A stretch of 64,000 nt of DNA from Nitrospirota bacterium (lineage in GTDB: Bacteria; Nitrospirota; Nitrospiria; Nitrospirales; Nitrospiraceae), in assembly GCA_963701855.1 (NCBI GenBank), contig CAVPBK010000009.1:458063-522062 (forward strand), written 5' to 3'. This document shows positions 32,965 to 42,951 of this stretch, in pieces. Each line of letters begins with the position of its first letter. Position 1 is the stretch's first letter. The position numbers and the translations under genes were made by a program. Below the pieces are notes generated by a model. The model was not told where the DNA came from and searched no databases. It saw nothing but the letters and a program-made list of their open reading frames with translations.

Positions 32965-34245
32965 ATGTCTCGTCTAGCTGCCGTTGTGCTTGCCGTTCAT
33001 CTGCTGTGTCTTTGGACAAGTCCCGTCTCAGCCTATGTTTGGCGTTGCCACAGCCCCCATGGAGACTTCTGGACCACCGCACCGAAGGAGTCCGATGATT
33101 GCAGTGAGTATGACAGCATCTATAACCCCGATGCGGCGCCGCCGATGGCCCAGCAACGCACCGCAATGGAATTCACCACGTCGGAGCGAGGGACCAAAGA
33201 CAAGGTGCTGTTCACGCAGCCAGAACTCGATCAGATGCTGGCACCAATTGCCTTGTATCCCGACTCGCTGCTGTCGCACATTTTGATGGCCTCGACCTAT
33301 CCCCTGGAAATTGTCGAGGCCGCCCGCTGGGTGAAGGCGCACTCGACGCTTCAGGGCGACCAGGCAGTCAAAGCGACCGACCAAAACAACTGGGAGCCCA
33401 GCGTGAAGTCGCTCGTGGCATTCCCGAATGTGCTGGCGATGATGGATGAGAAACTGGACTGGACGGAACGGCTCGGCGACGCATTCCTCTCGCAACAGCC
33501 GGAAGTCATGGACACCGTTCAGAACTTGCGTCAGCGCGCGTCAGCCAACGGCAGTCTCCAGTCAACCGACCAGGTTCGTATCGACCAGGAGGGGCAGAGC
33601 ATTTCGATCACCTCGCCGGACCCGCAAGTGGTGTATGTTCCCTACTACGATCCCATGATCACCTATGCCCCCTGGTGGTGGTCGACCTATCCGCCGGTGT
33701 TCTGGCGACCGTGGCCCGGCTACTTTGTGGGTTCACGGCTGGGTCCCGGGTATGTGTGGGGTCCGGGCACCACGGTGGGCGCCGGTTTCTTCTTCGGCTC
33801 CTTCGACTGGCGGCATCGACAGGTCAATGTGGTGACCGTCAACAACTTTTATTATCACAATACTGCCACCAGAGCCTGGACACACGACCCTGTCCACCGC
33901 CGAGGCGTCACCTACCGGGAGGCCGCGTTGCGTCAGCAGTATGGGCGTGCGCACGCCTCGGCGCCGGTCCGGCAGGATTTCCGCGGGCACTATCCCTCCC
34001 CGGCTTTTCCCGGGAGTCGCGAGGCCTTCGGGAATCGTGGCAACGCCCGCAGCAGCGTTGCAGGGGGCCATCCGTCGCTGTCTGGTCCCTCTGGGTTTCG
34101 AGGCAGCGAACCGCGACCCCATGCCTTCGAAGGCATCGGCCATGGAGCATCCGCGCAGAAATTCGGAGCACGCGGCAATGCCAGTGTTCCCCGTGGCGGC
34201 GGCGGGGGATTCCATAGCGGCGGTGGAGGCCATCACGGCAGGTAA
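32965..34245 (+). CDS. DUF3300 domain protein
   Basis: ELDQMLAPIALYPDSLL..MASTYP..WEPSVKSL..VVYVPYYDP; Gly-rich tail. Confidence 0.9.
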   Translation: MSRLAAVVLAVHLLCLWTSPVSAYVWRCHSPHGDFWTTAPKESDDCSEYDSIYNPDAAPPMAQQRTAMEFTTSERGTKDKVLFTQPELDQMLAPIALYPDSLLSHILMASTYPLEIVEAARWVKAHSTLQGDQAVKATDQNNWEPSVKSLVAFPNVLAMMDEKLDWTERLGDAFLSQQPEVMDTVQNLRQRASANGSLQSTDQVRIDQEGQSISITSPDPQVVYVPYYDPMITYAPWWWSTYPPVFWRPWPGYFVGSRLGPGYVWGPGTTVGAGFFFGSFDWRHRQVNVVTVNNFYYHNTATRAWTHDPVHRRGVTYREAALRQQYGRAHASAPVRQDFRGHYPSPAFPGSREAFGNRGNARSSVAGGHPSLSGPSGFRGSEPRPHAFEGIGHGASAQKFGARGNASVPRGGGGGFHSGGGGHHGR

Positions 34246-34246
34246 T

Positions 34247-35185
34247 ATGCGACTCTCTGTTCATTTCGGACGATTTCCGTTCTCGATTCTGACTGTTCTG
34301 TTGTTGGCGATGCCGTCCACGGCCTCGAGTGAATTCTTCGTGCAGACGACGTTTTCCTCCGCTGAGGAGGGGACGCAGGCTTTCGTGGAGGCCATCACGT
34401 TGAACGATCCGGATGTATTGCAAACGCTCTTAGGCGCCGATGGTCTGGAGTTGTTCGACTCGGGCGATCCCGCCGCAGATGCACAATGGCGCAAACGGTT
34501 TCTCAACGCCTATGCGGAGACCAACAAAGTCGTGCTCGAAGAGAACAACACGCGCGCGATCTTGATCGTCGGCCGCGACGCGTGGCCCATGCCGGTCCCG
34601 CTGATAAAATCGGACAAAGGATGGCGTTTCGATGCGCAGCATGCCGCGGAAGAGACCCTCAACCGACACGTTGGCCGCAATGAGCTTGCCGCAATCCAGG
34701 TGTGCCTAGCGATCGTCGAGGCCGAGCGTGAGTACGCGAGGCAAGATGCGGATGGCGACGGCGTTCCGGGATTCGCCTCGAAATTCGTCAGCTCGCCCGG
34801 CAAGCGGGACGGCCTGTATTGGGAGACCCGCGAAGACGAGCCCGTGAGCCCAATCGGACCCTTGCTCGCAGCCGCAGCAAACGAAGGGCTCGTCACCTCC
34901 GACTCGACCGCTTTGACGCCCTTTCATGGCTATTTATATCGAATGCTCACTAAGCAAGGTAAGAATGCGCCGGGAGGTGCATACGACTATGGGGCTCACG
35001 GCAAACTACTGGGGGGGGTTGTCATCCTCGCCTATCCGGCCCGCTACGGCATGTCCGGTGTGGTGAGCTTCATGGTCAACCAAGACGGAGTGGTCTACCA
35101 AAAAGATCTCGGTCAAAATACGGCGGCGCGGGTGGCTGAGATGACCGAATTTGATCCCGACCCGAGTTGGATACGCTTTCAGTAA
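34247..35185 (+). CDS. DUF2950 domain protein
   Basis: WPMPVPL, RHVGRNEL, DGLYW, PFHGY, YPARYG.SG, VYQKDLG; usual partner of DUF3300. Confidence 0.9.
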   Translation: MRLSVHFGRFPFSILTVLLLAMPSTASSEFFVQTTFSSAEEGTQAFVEAITLNDPDVLQTLLGADGLELFDSGDPAADAQWRKRFLNAYAETNKVVLEENNTRAILIVGRDAWPMPVPLIKSDKGWRFDAQHAAEETLNRHVGRNELAAIQVCLAIVEAEREYARQDADGDGVPGFASKFVSSPGKRDGLYWETREDEPVSPIGPLLAAAANEGLVTSDSTALTPFHGYLYRMLTKQGKNAPGGAYDYGAHGKLLGGVVILAYPARYGMSGVVSFMVNQDGVVYQKDLGQNTAARVAEMTEFDPDPSWIRFQ

Positions 35186-35727
35186 AGAAATAGAGCCCCA
35201 CTCCACTTACTTCGTAGACAACCGAGGTCTTTTTTATTGGCTCTTCTCCTTCCCGAATGGGCGATTTCGGCCTGATTCCCTCTTCGGGTCGAGCATGCCG
35301 GTGAGAGCTGTCGCAGGTGCGCTCCATCACCGCTGTGAGCATGACTACGTCAAAAGGTTCCATAAGAATTTGCCTAGTTGCTCTGCCTCATGGCCCCACG
35401 GATGACCATCCCGGGGCCGATGCGTCGACGCGACGAATCGGCTCAACTCATAAGTCTGCTGCAGATTGCCGTGTGGCAGTGCACGGTCGCCTGAGTTCGC
35501 TGTGGGCTGAGGAAGTCTAGTCCGACATTCCATGCTTGTCTAATCGTTCGTCCTGTTGTCCCAATGGGGATAGACTGTGAGTCCTCCAGTCTATCCAGTT
35601 ATCAGCCCGCTCGCCGTCAATGGTTCAACAGATCAACAGGCTGGAGCGCCCCCAGAGGACGAAATCTACCCTTCAAATCGTAGGATGAGCCCTGTTCAAT
35701 TTTCCCCTGGAAGAACCGCACGACACT

Positions 35728-35890
35728 TGCCATCTGCACCTGCTACCAGGACAGGACAAACCAGCCCCATCTGCCCCCATGTCAGGAGCATCCTGGTTTG
35801 TGGTTTCTTGTGGGGTTAGGTGGTCTGAGGCTGGGCTATCTGAAATTCGTAAACCGCAGGTCGTCCGTTCAATCCGGATCGCCGGCTCTA
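35728..35890 (+). other. att-like scar: TGCTACC arm plus tRNA-Thr(CGT) 3' half
   Basis: TTCGTAAACCGCAGGTCGTCCGTTCAATCCGGATCGCCGGCTC at ~35846-35888. Confidence 0.75.
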
Positions 35891-36003
35891 TCCCAACTGG
35901 GGCGAAATCGTTAACAGTTAAGGGGGAGAGTGAGGCCCGTCCTTCTCTTCTTCTCTACAAGGGCATTGCGCTAATAGAGGCGGCGCCGCCGCCCAGTATT
36001 TTG

Positions 36004-36456
36004 TTACCTGTGATCCCTGCCCACGCCACCTTGGTCTTGAGTCTTGCGGCATGATTCCTGGTTGCCCACCTCCTGCGCGTGCCCCCCGGTTGACTGACAT
36101 GCCGACGGTCTGGGTTGCGCACCATTCTCGCCGATCGGACGGTCTGAATGGGCGAGGCCTTGGCTCACATCATCCTCCAAGCTCGTGCTCACCACCTGCA
36201 CCCCAAACTCGCGCCCTCTCACCCATTGCACCGTTGTCATGTCAACGTGTATCGGGATGGGTTGGTTGGGTAACGTCACACGGAGCGCGAGGCTCATGCC
36301 GAGGTGAATCGGTCGAGGTTCAATGGTCGTGATGTGCCAGCCATCGACGGAGAAATTCTGAACTATCCCCGTTCCAAACACACCATCGCCTTCATAATCC
36401 ACAAACCAGGTGATCGGAATGCGAATGCGACGGCGAGAGATGAATTTTCGGTCCAT
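36004..36456 (-). CDS. PilZ domain protein
   Basis: SRRRIR, QNFSVDGW, VQWVRGREFGV; C-terminus possibly degenerate. Confidence 0.75.
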   Translation of the reverse strand: MDRKFISRRRIRIPITWFVDYEGDGVFGTGIVQNFSVDGWHITTIEPRPIHLGMSLALRVTLPNQPIPIHVDMTTVQWVRGREFGVQVVSTSLEDDVSQGLAHSDRPIGENGAQPRPSACQSTGGHAQEVGNQESCRKTQDQGGVGRDHR

Positions 36457-36707
36457 GGCTGAAGGTCTCCGTTAATCTACCGACCTGGCCCTATGATAGG
36501 GACGGGACGGTCCACAAAGACCCGCATCATCATACATCGGATAGTCACCGCTACACACTAGGGGAATCACTAGTTCCACGAGAAGTCGTTGCTGTGCAAG
36601 TGAGCGAGTGGTGGTGAAGCCGTCGGCTCTTGTGTTGTCCAAAGGGGCAGGAGGATACCAGAATGGGCTGCAGCATGCCAGACTCCCGGTGCCTTTTTTT
36701 CAGCTCT

Positions 36708-37856
36708 CTATGGAGGAGTCGGATTCGTGGGTGGAGTGGTCGCTAGGGTCGGGAAGGATGCCTTGCAGTCCAGAAGCACACGCACAAAGAGTTCGGCCAA
36801 CGTGGGATCAAAGTGGGTACCGGCATAGAAACGTATCTGGTGGCAGGCCTCCTCCATCGAGAGAGGCCTCCGGCCAGGCAGGTCCACCGTCAGATAGTCG
36901 AACGTGTGGGCGAGGCACACGATTCGGACCAGTTGAGGAATTCCCTCTTCCTGAAGTCCATAGGGAGCGCCTAAGCCGTCCCACCGTTCATGGTGATAGG
37001 CGATGATCTGTCCCACCTCAGCGGGCAGTCCCAGTGGTAGGACGAGTGTCGCTCCTTGCTCCGGGTGGTGCCGATGACCGACAGACGCTCCGGTCACCGC
37101 CAGGTCTTCGTCAGCCACATGATAGGGCTCCGGTCCGATTTTGCCGATGTCATGGAGGAACGCCCCCAGCGCCACCGACTGCCGTTCCGCGAGCGTCAAG
37201 TTGAGGCGGTTGGCCAAAAGCGTGGTGTAGAAGGTGACCCGGCTGCAGTGGGTGAACAACTGGCGATCCTTCGCTTCAAGCAGATCGGAGAGTAGTGGGA
37301 GCAGGTCCGGTAGGTCGTCGGCATGGGAAGCATTCTCTGATGCAGATGCCCTGACTGCCTGGTAGCCCCTCCGTAAGTCCTCCCACGCCTGCGCACAGGC
37401 GGTGCCTGATTCCCAGAGGGCGGTCGCGGTCCCGATGAACTGTCTGAGGAAATCAAGCCGCTGTTTCGTCGCGAGTGCCTGAGTGACGAGGGCGAGCAAG
37501 TCTGCGACATTGAACGGTTTGAGCAGAAAGCCGGCGGTGCCATGGCGCAGCGCTTCCATGTGAGACCGTACACTCCCATACCCGGTGATGATGATGACCT
37601 CCACGCCGGCGTGGTGCTGCGTGAGGTCGTGAAGGAACTCGAGGCCCGGGCGATCTGGCAGTTTCAGGTCGAGGGTGATGAGATCGATCGGCTGGGTGTG
37701 CAGCACCTCAATCGCGGCACGGGCTGAGTCCGCCGTCTGGATCGTAAAAAATGGGCGGAGAATCACGTGCAGGGCATCCCGAGATCCTGCTTCGTCGTCG
37801 ATCACGAGCAGGATCGGCTTCTGCTTCGCCCGCCCAGGAGTCGCAGGGAAGTGCAT
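36708..37856 (-). CDS. Response regulator with HD-GYP-like domain
   Basis: REC (LVIDD, TLDLKLP, LLKPF) + HCSRV, LHDIGK, HHERWDG.GAP. Confidence 0.9.
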   Translation of the reverse strand: MHFPATPGRAKQKPILLVIDDEAGSRDALHVILRPFFTIQTADSARAAIEVLHTQPIDLITLDLKLPDRPGLEFLHDLTQHHAGVEVIIITGYGSVRSHMEALRHGTAGFLLKPFNVADLLALVTQALATKQRLDFLRQFIGTATALWESGTACAQAWEDLRRGYQAVRASASENASHADDLPDLLPLLSDLLEAKDRQLFTHCSRVTFYTTLLANRLNLTLAERQSVALGAFLHDIGKIGPEPYHVADEDLAVTGASVGHRHHPEQGATLVLPLGLPAEVGQIIAYHHERWDGLGAPYGLQEEGIPQLVRIVCLAHTFDYLTVDLPGRRPLSMEEACHQIRFYAGTHFDPTLAELFVRVLLDCKASFPTLATTPPTNPTPP

Positions 37857-38066
37857 AGGGGTGCTTCCTATCAGGAACGGCTGAACATTGTAAGGAGATA
37901 ATGTCCTACATCGGAGTGACGGGATACGTAGGACGCTGTCCGCTCTTGCCCCGTTGACCGAGAGGGGGGATGAACTTATACTTTTCACGTTCCACTACCG
38001 TCGTGGTAGGCCGATTACTGGCCTCCTCCACTGGAATAAAGAGTCCCGTCTTTGCATCACGTCCCT

Positions 38067-39428
38067 TCAAGGTGCTTTGTTGCGCGGACCAAGCAGGTCT
38101 GGGTCATTTTCTGGTTCTTCTTCCACTAGCAATACGGTTTCCGTTAGCGATACGGCAGATGGGCGAACGGCCATGAGCTGGACAAGATCCTTCGAAAAGA
38201 GCAAATCAAGCGTCCAGTCCAGGGCCACGCGGACCTTCTTTTCAAATCGAGGCAGTTTCGTCAAATAAATCGTCCGCCACAGCCACCAGGCAATGAAGCC
38301 TGAAAAGTTCACCCCCAGAATATTGGCCACGCCGGTCCGTTTCCCGATGGGGGCCAAGAGCCCGAGCGTCGAGAATAGGAAGGGCTTCTTCTGCTCGCCT
38401 CGAATGGTGGCCAGGATATTCTGGGCCGCGAGCTTCCCTTCGCGCAGTGCATGCTGCGCGGTCGGGGGATGGGGTTTCCCGGTTTTGCGATTCGGCACAA
38501 TCGCACTGTCGCCGAAGGCCCAGACGCCAGGCCACTCGGGAACTTCCAAGTACTCGTTGACGAGGACCCGGCCCCGCTCTTTCGGGCATGGCAGTGTGTC
38601 CAAAAGGGAGTTCGGGCAGGTCCCGGCGGTCCAGACCAGGGTATTGGTGATAACCGTCGTGCCATCGCTGAGCGTGACCTCGCGGTCCGTCACTTTGGTG
38701 ACTTTACAGCTCGAATGGATTTCCACGTGTCGTTCCACGAGCTTGCGCTGTGCGTAGGCGCCAAGCTTCTCCCCGAGCTCCGGCAAAATGATCTTCCCCG
38801 GATGGACCAGGATGACCCGAAGCATGTCCTCTCGGAGGTGCGGGTAAAACGCAATCGCCTCCCGAAGAAAGTCATTTATTCCCGCGATGGTTTCGACCCC
38901 GGCGAACCCGCCTCCGGCCACGACGAAATTCAGTAAGGGATCACGGAGGGGCGGGCAACATTCAAAGTCCGCCTCTTCCAGGTTCGCGATCATGCGGTTG
39001 CGCAGAATGATCGCGTCATGCAACGACTTCATCGTGAGCGCACGCTCTTCTAGGCCGGGGAGGTCGAAGAAGTTCGTGGTCGACCCGAGGGCCAGCACCA
39101 GGTGATCGTACGGCAACGAATGGCAATGTTCTTCGTGACCATGCGAGAGGCCAACTCGTTTATGCACCAGATCGATGGTTTCGATATGACCGTGGAAGAA
39201 GGTCACGCGACGCAACAGCTTGCGAACCGGGCTCACAATATTGGCGATATCGAGGTCACTCGCTGCCACTTCGTGCAGCATCGGGGTAAAGAGGAAAAAG
39301 TTGTCGCGGTTGACAAGGGTGACATCTAAGTCAGCTCCCCGTGCAAGCGCTTGCTCGAATTCCATGGCGGCATACATGCCACCGAACCCACCGCCCAGGA
39401 TCAGAACTCGTGGCTTCACATTAGACAT
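38067..39428 (-). CDS. ndh: Type II NADH dehydrogenase
   Basis: GGGFGG, FTPMLHEVA, GGGFAGVE, WTAG, PPTAQHA. Confidence 0.9.
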   Translation of the reverse strand: MSNVKPRVLILGGGFGGMYAAMEFEQALARGADLDVTLVNRDNFFLFTPMLHEVAASDLDIANIVSPVRKLLRRVTFFHGHIETIDLVHKRVGLSHGHEEHCHSLPYDHLVLALGSTTNFFDLPGLEERALTMKSLHDAIILRNRMIANLEEADFECCPPLRDPLLNFVVAGGGFAGVETIAGINDFLREAIAFYPHLREDMLRVILVHPGKIILPELGEKLGAYAQRKLVERHVEIHSSCKVTKVTDREVTLSDGTTVITNTLVWTAGTCPNSLLDTLPCPKERGRVLVNEYLEVPEWPGVWAFGDSAIVPNRKTGKPHPPTAQHALREGKLAAQNILATIRGEQKKPFLFSTLGLLAPIGKRTGVANILGVNFSGFIAWWLWRTIYLTKLPRFEKKVRVALDWTLDLLFSKDLVQLMAVRPSAVSLTETVLLVEEEPENDPDLLGPRNKAP

Positions 39429-39555
39429 AACTGCTCTAACGTGACGGGTAAGCGAACATTCTCAGAAGGCATACACGTTCGGCCTTCAGTGGACCATGAG
39501 ATCACTCCGGTCAAAGGCAAAGCACCAGTCGCGTTAGGCGTCTCAGGTAGCCACA

Positions 39556-41430
39556 TCAGTTCATCTTCACCATCCCTTGGGCTGAAGCAGCAAGGGAATC
39601 ACCAGCTTTGGGTAAATTGGATGGCTTAGTTACGATCGTTGCTTGAACAGGAGACAGTGTTGTGGTCGGGTCGGTCGCATTGGAAGAAGGGGAATACTGC
39701 TTGACTCTGATGATGTTCATCATGCCCAAGTCCTCGTGGCCGAGGATGTGGCAGTGAAACACGAAATCTCCAAGGTCATGCCCCCGGAAGTCGATGCGGA
39801 GCGTGACACTCGGAAAGGGGTGGGCGGGGTCGCCATCCCAATGTGGTACTTCGATCATGTCCAGGAATTGGCCGTTGATCCCCGGCGCCGGGTCGCTCCC
39901 GTTGGTCTCAAAGTGGTGCTGTGCTTCCACCAGGAAATGCAGCTGGTGGAAGTGAAATTCATGGTTCTCCTGTGTCCGATTCTCCACCGTCCACTCTTCC
40001 ACGGTGCCCTGGATGGCCACTATGTCAGGGGTATGATTGGGATTGAACAGGTGTTCTGGCTTTCCGACCACGTCCATGAAGAACAGTGTCGGCTGGACTT
40101 CATTGAAGAAAACCGTGCGGTGTGCAGCAAGGGGTGCAGCGGCGAGGCCGGCGAACCGCTTTTGGCTGTGATTCAAGGCAACGAACGGGCCGACGCGGTC
40201 ATCCCCTGCTGATTCGGTGACCTCGTGGCCGGCACGCACCTGCATGTTTAAGATGGGCCGGTTCGGCTGATCATCGCCGTCACTGCCTGTCAGGATATTC
40301 AAAGTGACCAGCTGTGCCAACTTCACGTGTGTGGGGGGGGCATTCACGAGGAATTCCACCCGGGACGCAGGCGGCAGTCGGAAGTGCCTCACTGCAATTA
40401 GGCTACCCGGCTGATGTCCGTCCTGGGAGTTGACCGGCACCCCGTCAATCGCCACGACATGGATGATCTGCGGCATGCCGTCGAATTGCACTTGCAGGTC
40501 GAGCACGGTGTCAGCGGTTGAGTTGGAGGCGCGCCAGAACTGCTGTTCCCCCGCTTCCATGTGCAGAACCGCAGGCGTATAGGTGGTGGTGGGAGGCGTC
40601 ACACTCATGTCGGTGGTGGTGTTCGTCGTAATATTGTTGACCGTCAAGTCTTGGAATGGGATGCCGTTGGGGTCTCCCCCGACGCCCTCTCCCAAACCCT
40701 GCTGCTGGAATTGAGTGGTCGGTTGGTCTCGAAACATTAGGATGCGATGACGCAGGTGCGAGACAGCGGGCTGAATGTTTTCAATGCCGTCGACGACCAG
40801 AGCTCCGGATGCACCACCGAGGAGCGCGGCTTCCGCCAGCCCGTGCACATGGGGATGATACCAGTACAGCCCCGGCGGTTCGTCGGCAGGAATGACGATG
40901 TCGTATTGGAACGTCTGGTTAGAGTTTACGAGAGTCTTAATCACCTCATCGGAGTGGCACGTGGGGGACGTGTTGGTTCCGTGGAAGTGGATGTTGAGCG
41001 ACGACTGTGTCATCTGGGTTCCGCCCGGCCCGCAGTTCGGCGAATGGATTGTCATGTTCACCGGTGTCGACGGAGTATTATTCGTCACGGTGATGAGCAG
41101 GTGATCGCCTGGCTTTACATGCAATGTCGGATTTTCCAAGCCGCTCGGGGTCATGAAACAAAACAGCGTTCTGCCCACAGAATCTGTGGTGGTTTGATAG
41201 GAGAACTGGACGGACAGCTCGCCGTTCATACTGAACAGCGCGGCGGGTTGGTGGACGATGCTCCCTGCGGCGAAGCGCAGGCAGGGATTTGCAACGGGGG
41301 TGACCGGCTTCGGTATGGTGAAGTCGCTGGCCGCCGTGGGCTGGGAGAAAGCATGGGATGATGCCATCATGTAGAGCAGAATGCCCGACACGATACCCCA
41401 CCTCATACATAGCAACGTTCGTCTATTCAT
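39556..41430 (-). CDS. Multicopper oxidase, exported
   Basis: HFHG, WYHPH, HEFHFH, HCHILGHEDLGMM. Confidence 0.92.
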   Translation of the reverse strand: MNRRTLLCMRWGIVSGILLYMMASSHAFSQPTAASDFTIPKPVTPVANPCLRFAAGSIVHQPAALFSMNGELSVQFSYQTTTDSVGRTLFCFMTPSGLENPTLHVKPGDHLLITVTNNTPSTPVNMTIHSPNCGPGGTQMTQSSLNIHFHGTNTSPTCHSDEVIKTLVNSNQTFQYDIVIPADEPPGLYWYHPHVHGLAEAALLGGASGALVVDGIENIQPAVSHLRHRILMFRDQPTTQFQQQGLGEGVGGDPNGIPFQDLTVNNITTNTTTDMSVTPPTTTYTPAVLHMEAGEQQFWRASNSTADTVLDLQVQFDGMPQIIHVVAIDGVPVNSQDGHQPGSLIAVRHFRLPPASRVEFLVNAPPTHVKLAQLVTLNILTGSDGDDQPNRPILNMQVRAGHEVTESAGDDRVGPFVALNHSQKRFAGLAAAPLAAHRTVFFNEVQPTLFFMDVVGKPEHLFNPNHTPDIVAIQGTVEEWTVENRTQENHEFHFHQLHFLVEAQHHFETNGSDPAPGINGQFLDMIEVPHWDGDPAHPFPSVTLRIDFRGHDLGDFVFHCHILGHEDLGMMNIIRVKQYSPSSNATDPTTTLSPVQATIVTKPSNLPKAGDSLAASAQGMVKMN

Positions 41431-42097
41431 GGCTTCAACTCCTGGATTCACACGTTGGGGTGCTGTCCCCTATTGAATATGTTTACCACTGTGCGATCTG
41501 TCCATTGCTCGTTTCTGCGCGGTTATAGCCGAGTCGTGCGCAACGCCCTGTCAGGCGAAGGAGAATTTTCTTGTAGGATTGAGACTACAAAAACTGTCTT
41601 TGTTTGGATGGCAGCAGCGATGGGATCTCGGAGAGCGGATCTCCTCGCTGAGGTCACCGGCTTGAGCTTTGGCCTAGGGGATTAACGTGCCTCGTGCTCG
41701 AATTGATCTACTGGGCGCGGCAGGCACCGGAGGTCAAGCCAGGGCAGAAGGTAAAAGGGGCACATTTCCCACCCCATCATCATGGGTGCGCGCATGAACG
41801 AGGATCAAAATATTTCGCCCTACGAATACACGGACGAGGAGATTCTCAACAAGATGCATGCGCTCAAACGGCATGGCCACGGTACGCTCACCCTCGAGGC
41901 GCACAGGGCCTGTAGTGTTGCACTTGAGTTAGAACGCAAGTAGGAAAAGTCCTACAGACATTTGTACGGATATGGTTCAGAGTGCGTTTCGTTTACGCCT
42001 ATCTGAAATCTGGTTCGGACGGACAGCAAAATGTTCAGCCAACTCCGCCAGTGTCTGATCAGCCTTGATCGTGGCCCATGCCACCTAGGAGGTTCCA

Positions 42098-42820
42098 ATG
42101 CCAAATCTTGCCGTCATAAATGAATCGACAACCATCTCAGATGGGGACATCCAAACAATGCTCCCCGCCTTCGGTCAACAGTGGAATCGAGATCTCGAAG
42201 CGATCTGGAGTGTCGAGGCAGCGACGTTCATCTTCGTGCCCAGGGGTCAAGCACCTGCAGCTGGAAGCTGGTGGGTTGTGTTCCTGGACGACAGCGACCA
42301 AGCCGGCGCTCTCGCCTATCACGATCTGACGAATGAGGGCCTTCCCATCTCCAAAGTTTTCGTCAAGACCATTCTCTCCGATAAGGCTAGTGTCAGTGTT
42401 GGTGCAACCCACGAGATTTGCGAGATGGCGGTGGATCCGTGGCTAAATAGTGCATACCAGGATCCTCAGGGCTTCTTCTGGGCCGGCGAGGTGTGCGATC
42501 CGGTTGAGGATGACCAATACGGTTATCAAATCGGTGGAATTCTTGTCACGGATTTTGTCACACCGAACTGGTTTGCGCATCAACACGCACAAGCGGCGAT
42601 GGACTTCAAGCGCCATAGCCACGCGCCGTTTGAAGTCCTCAGCGGCGGGTACGCGCAAAAATTTGATCCCCAAAAGGGATGGCAGCAAGTCACCGGGTCC
42701 CAAGCGATGCAACGCAAGCGCGCCGTGTCTGCACCGATAGGCTCGCGGAGAGAACGTCGTTCTCGGCAGTGGAAGGCATGGATGCGCAGCGCAGTGCCTT
42801 GGGGCATGCGTAACAAATAA
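42098..42820 (+). CDS. Hypothetical protein with zincin-like AYH...HEICE motif
   Basis: GALAYHD..ATHEICEMAVDP..EVCDPVE; AGGAGG upstream. Confidence 0.75.
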   Translation: MPNLAVINESTTISDGDIQTMLPAFGQQWNRDLEAIWSVEAATFIFVPRGQAPAAGSWWVVFLDDSDQAGALAYHDLTNEGLPISKVFVKTILSDKASVSVGATHEICEMAVDPWLNSAYQDPQGFFWAGEVCDPVEDDQYGYQIGGILVTDFVTPNWFAHQHAQAAMDFKRHSHAPFEVLSGGYAQKFDPQKGWQQVTGSQAMQRKRAVSAPIGSRRERRSRQWKAWMRSAVPWGMRNK

Positions 42821-42951
42821 GTCACGGGTAATTCGGGCCGGTACACTACTCGCGTCATATGGTCCAGATTACTTCATTCAAAGCTAGAATGTTGTCGTGT
42901 TAGCTTTTCCGGCCACTTTGCTCGACTGCAACTTCTAAAAGGGAGCCGCTT

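Noticed and set aside
33941..34246. 5' extension of the DUF2950 ORF
   Set aside because: Overlaps the DUF3300 tail; the signal peptide starts at 34247
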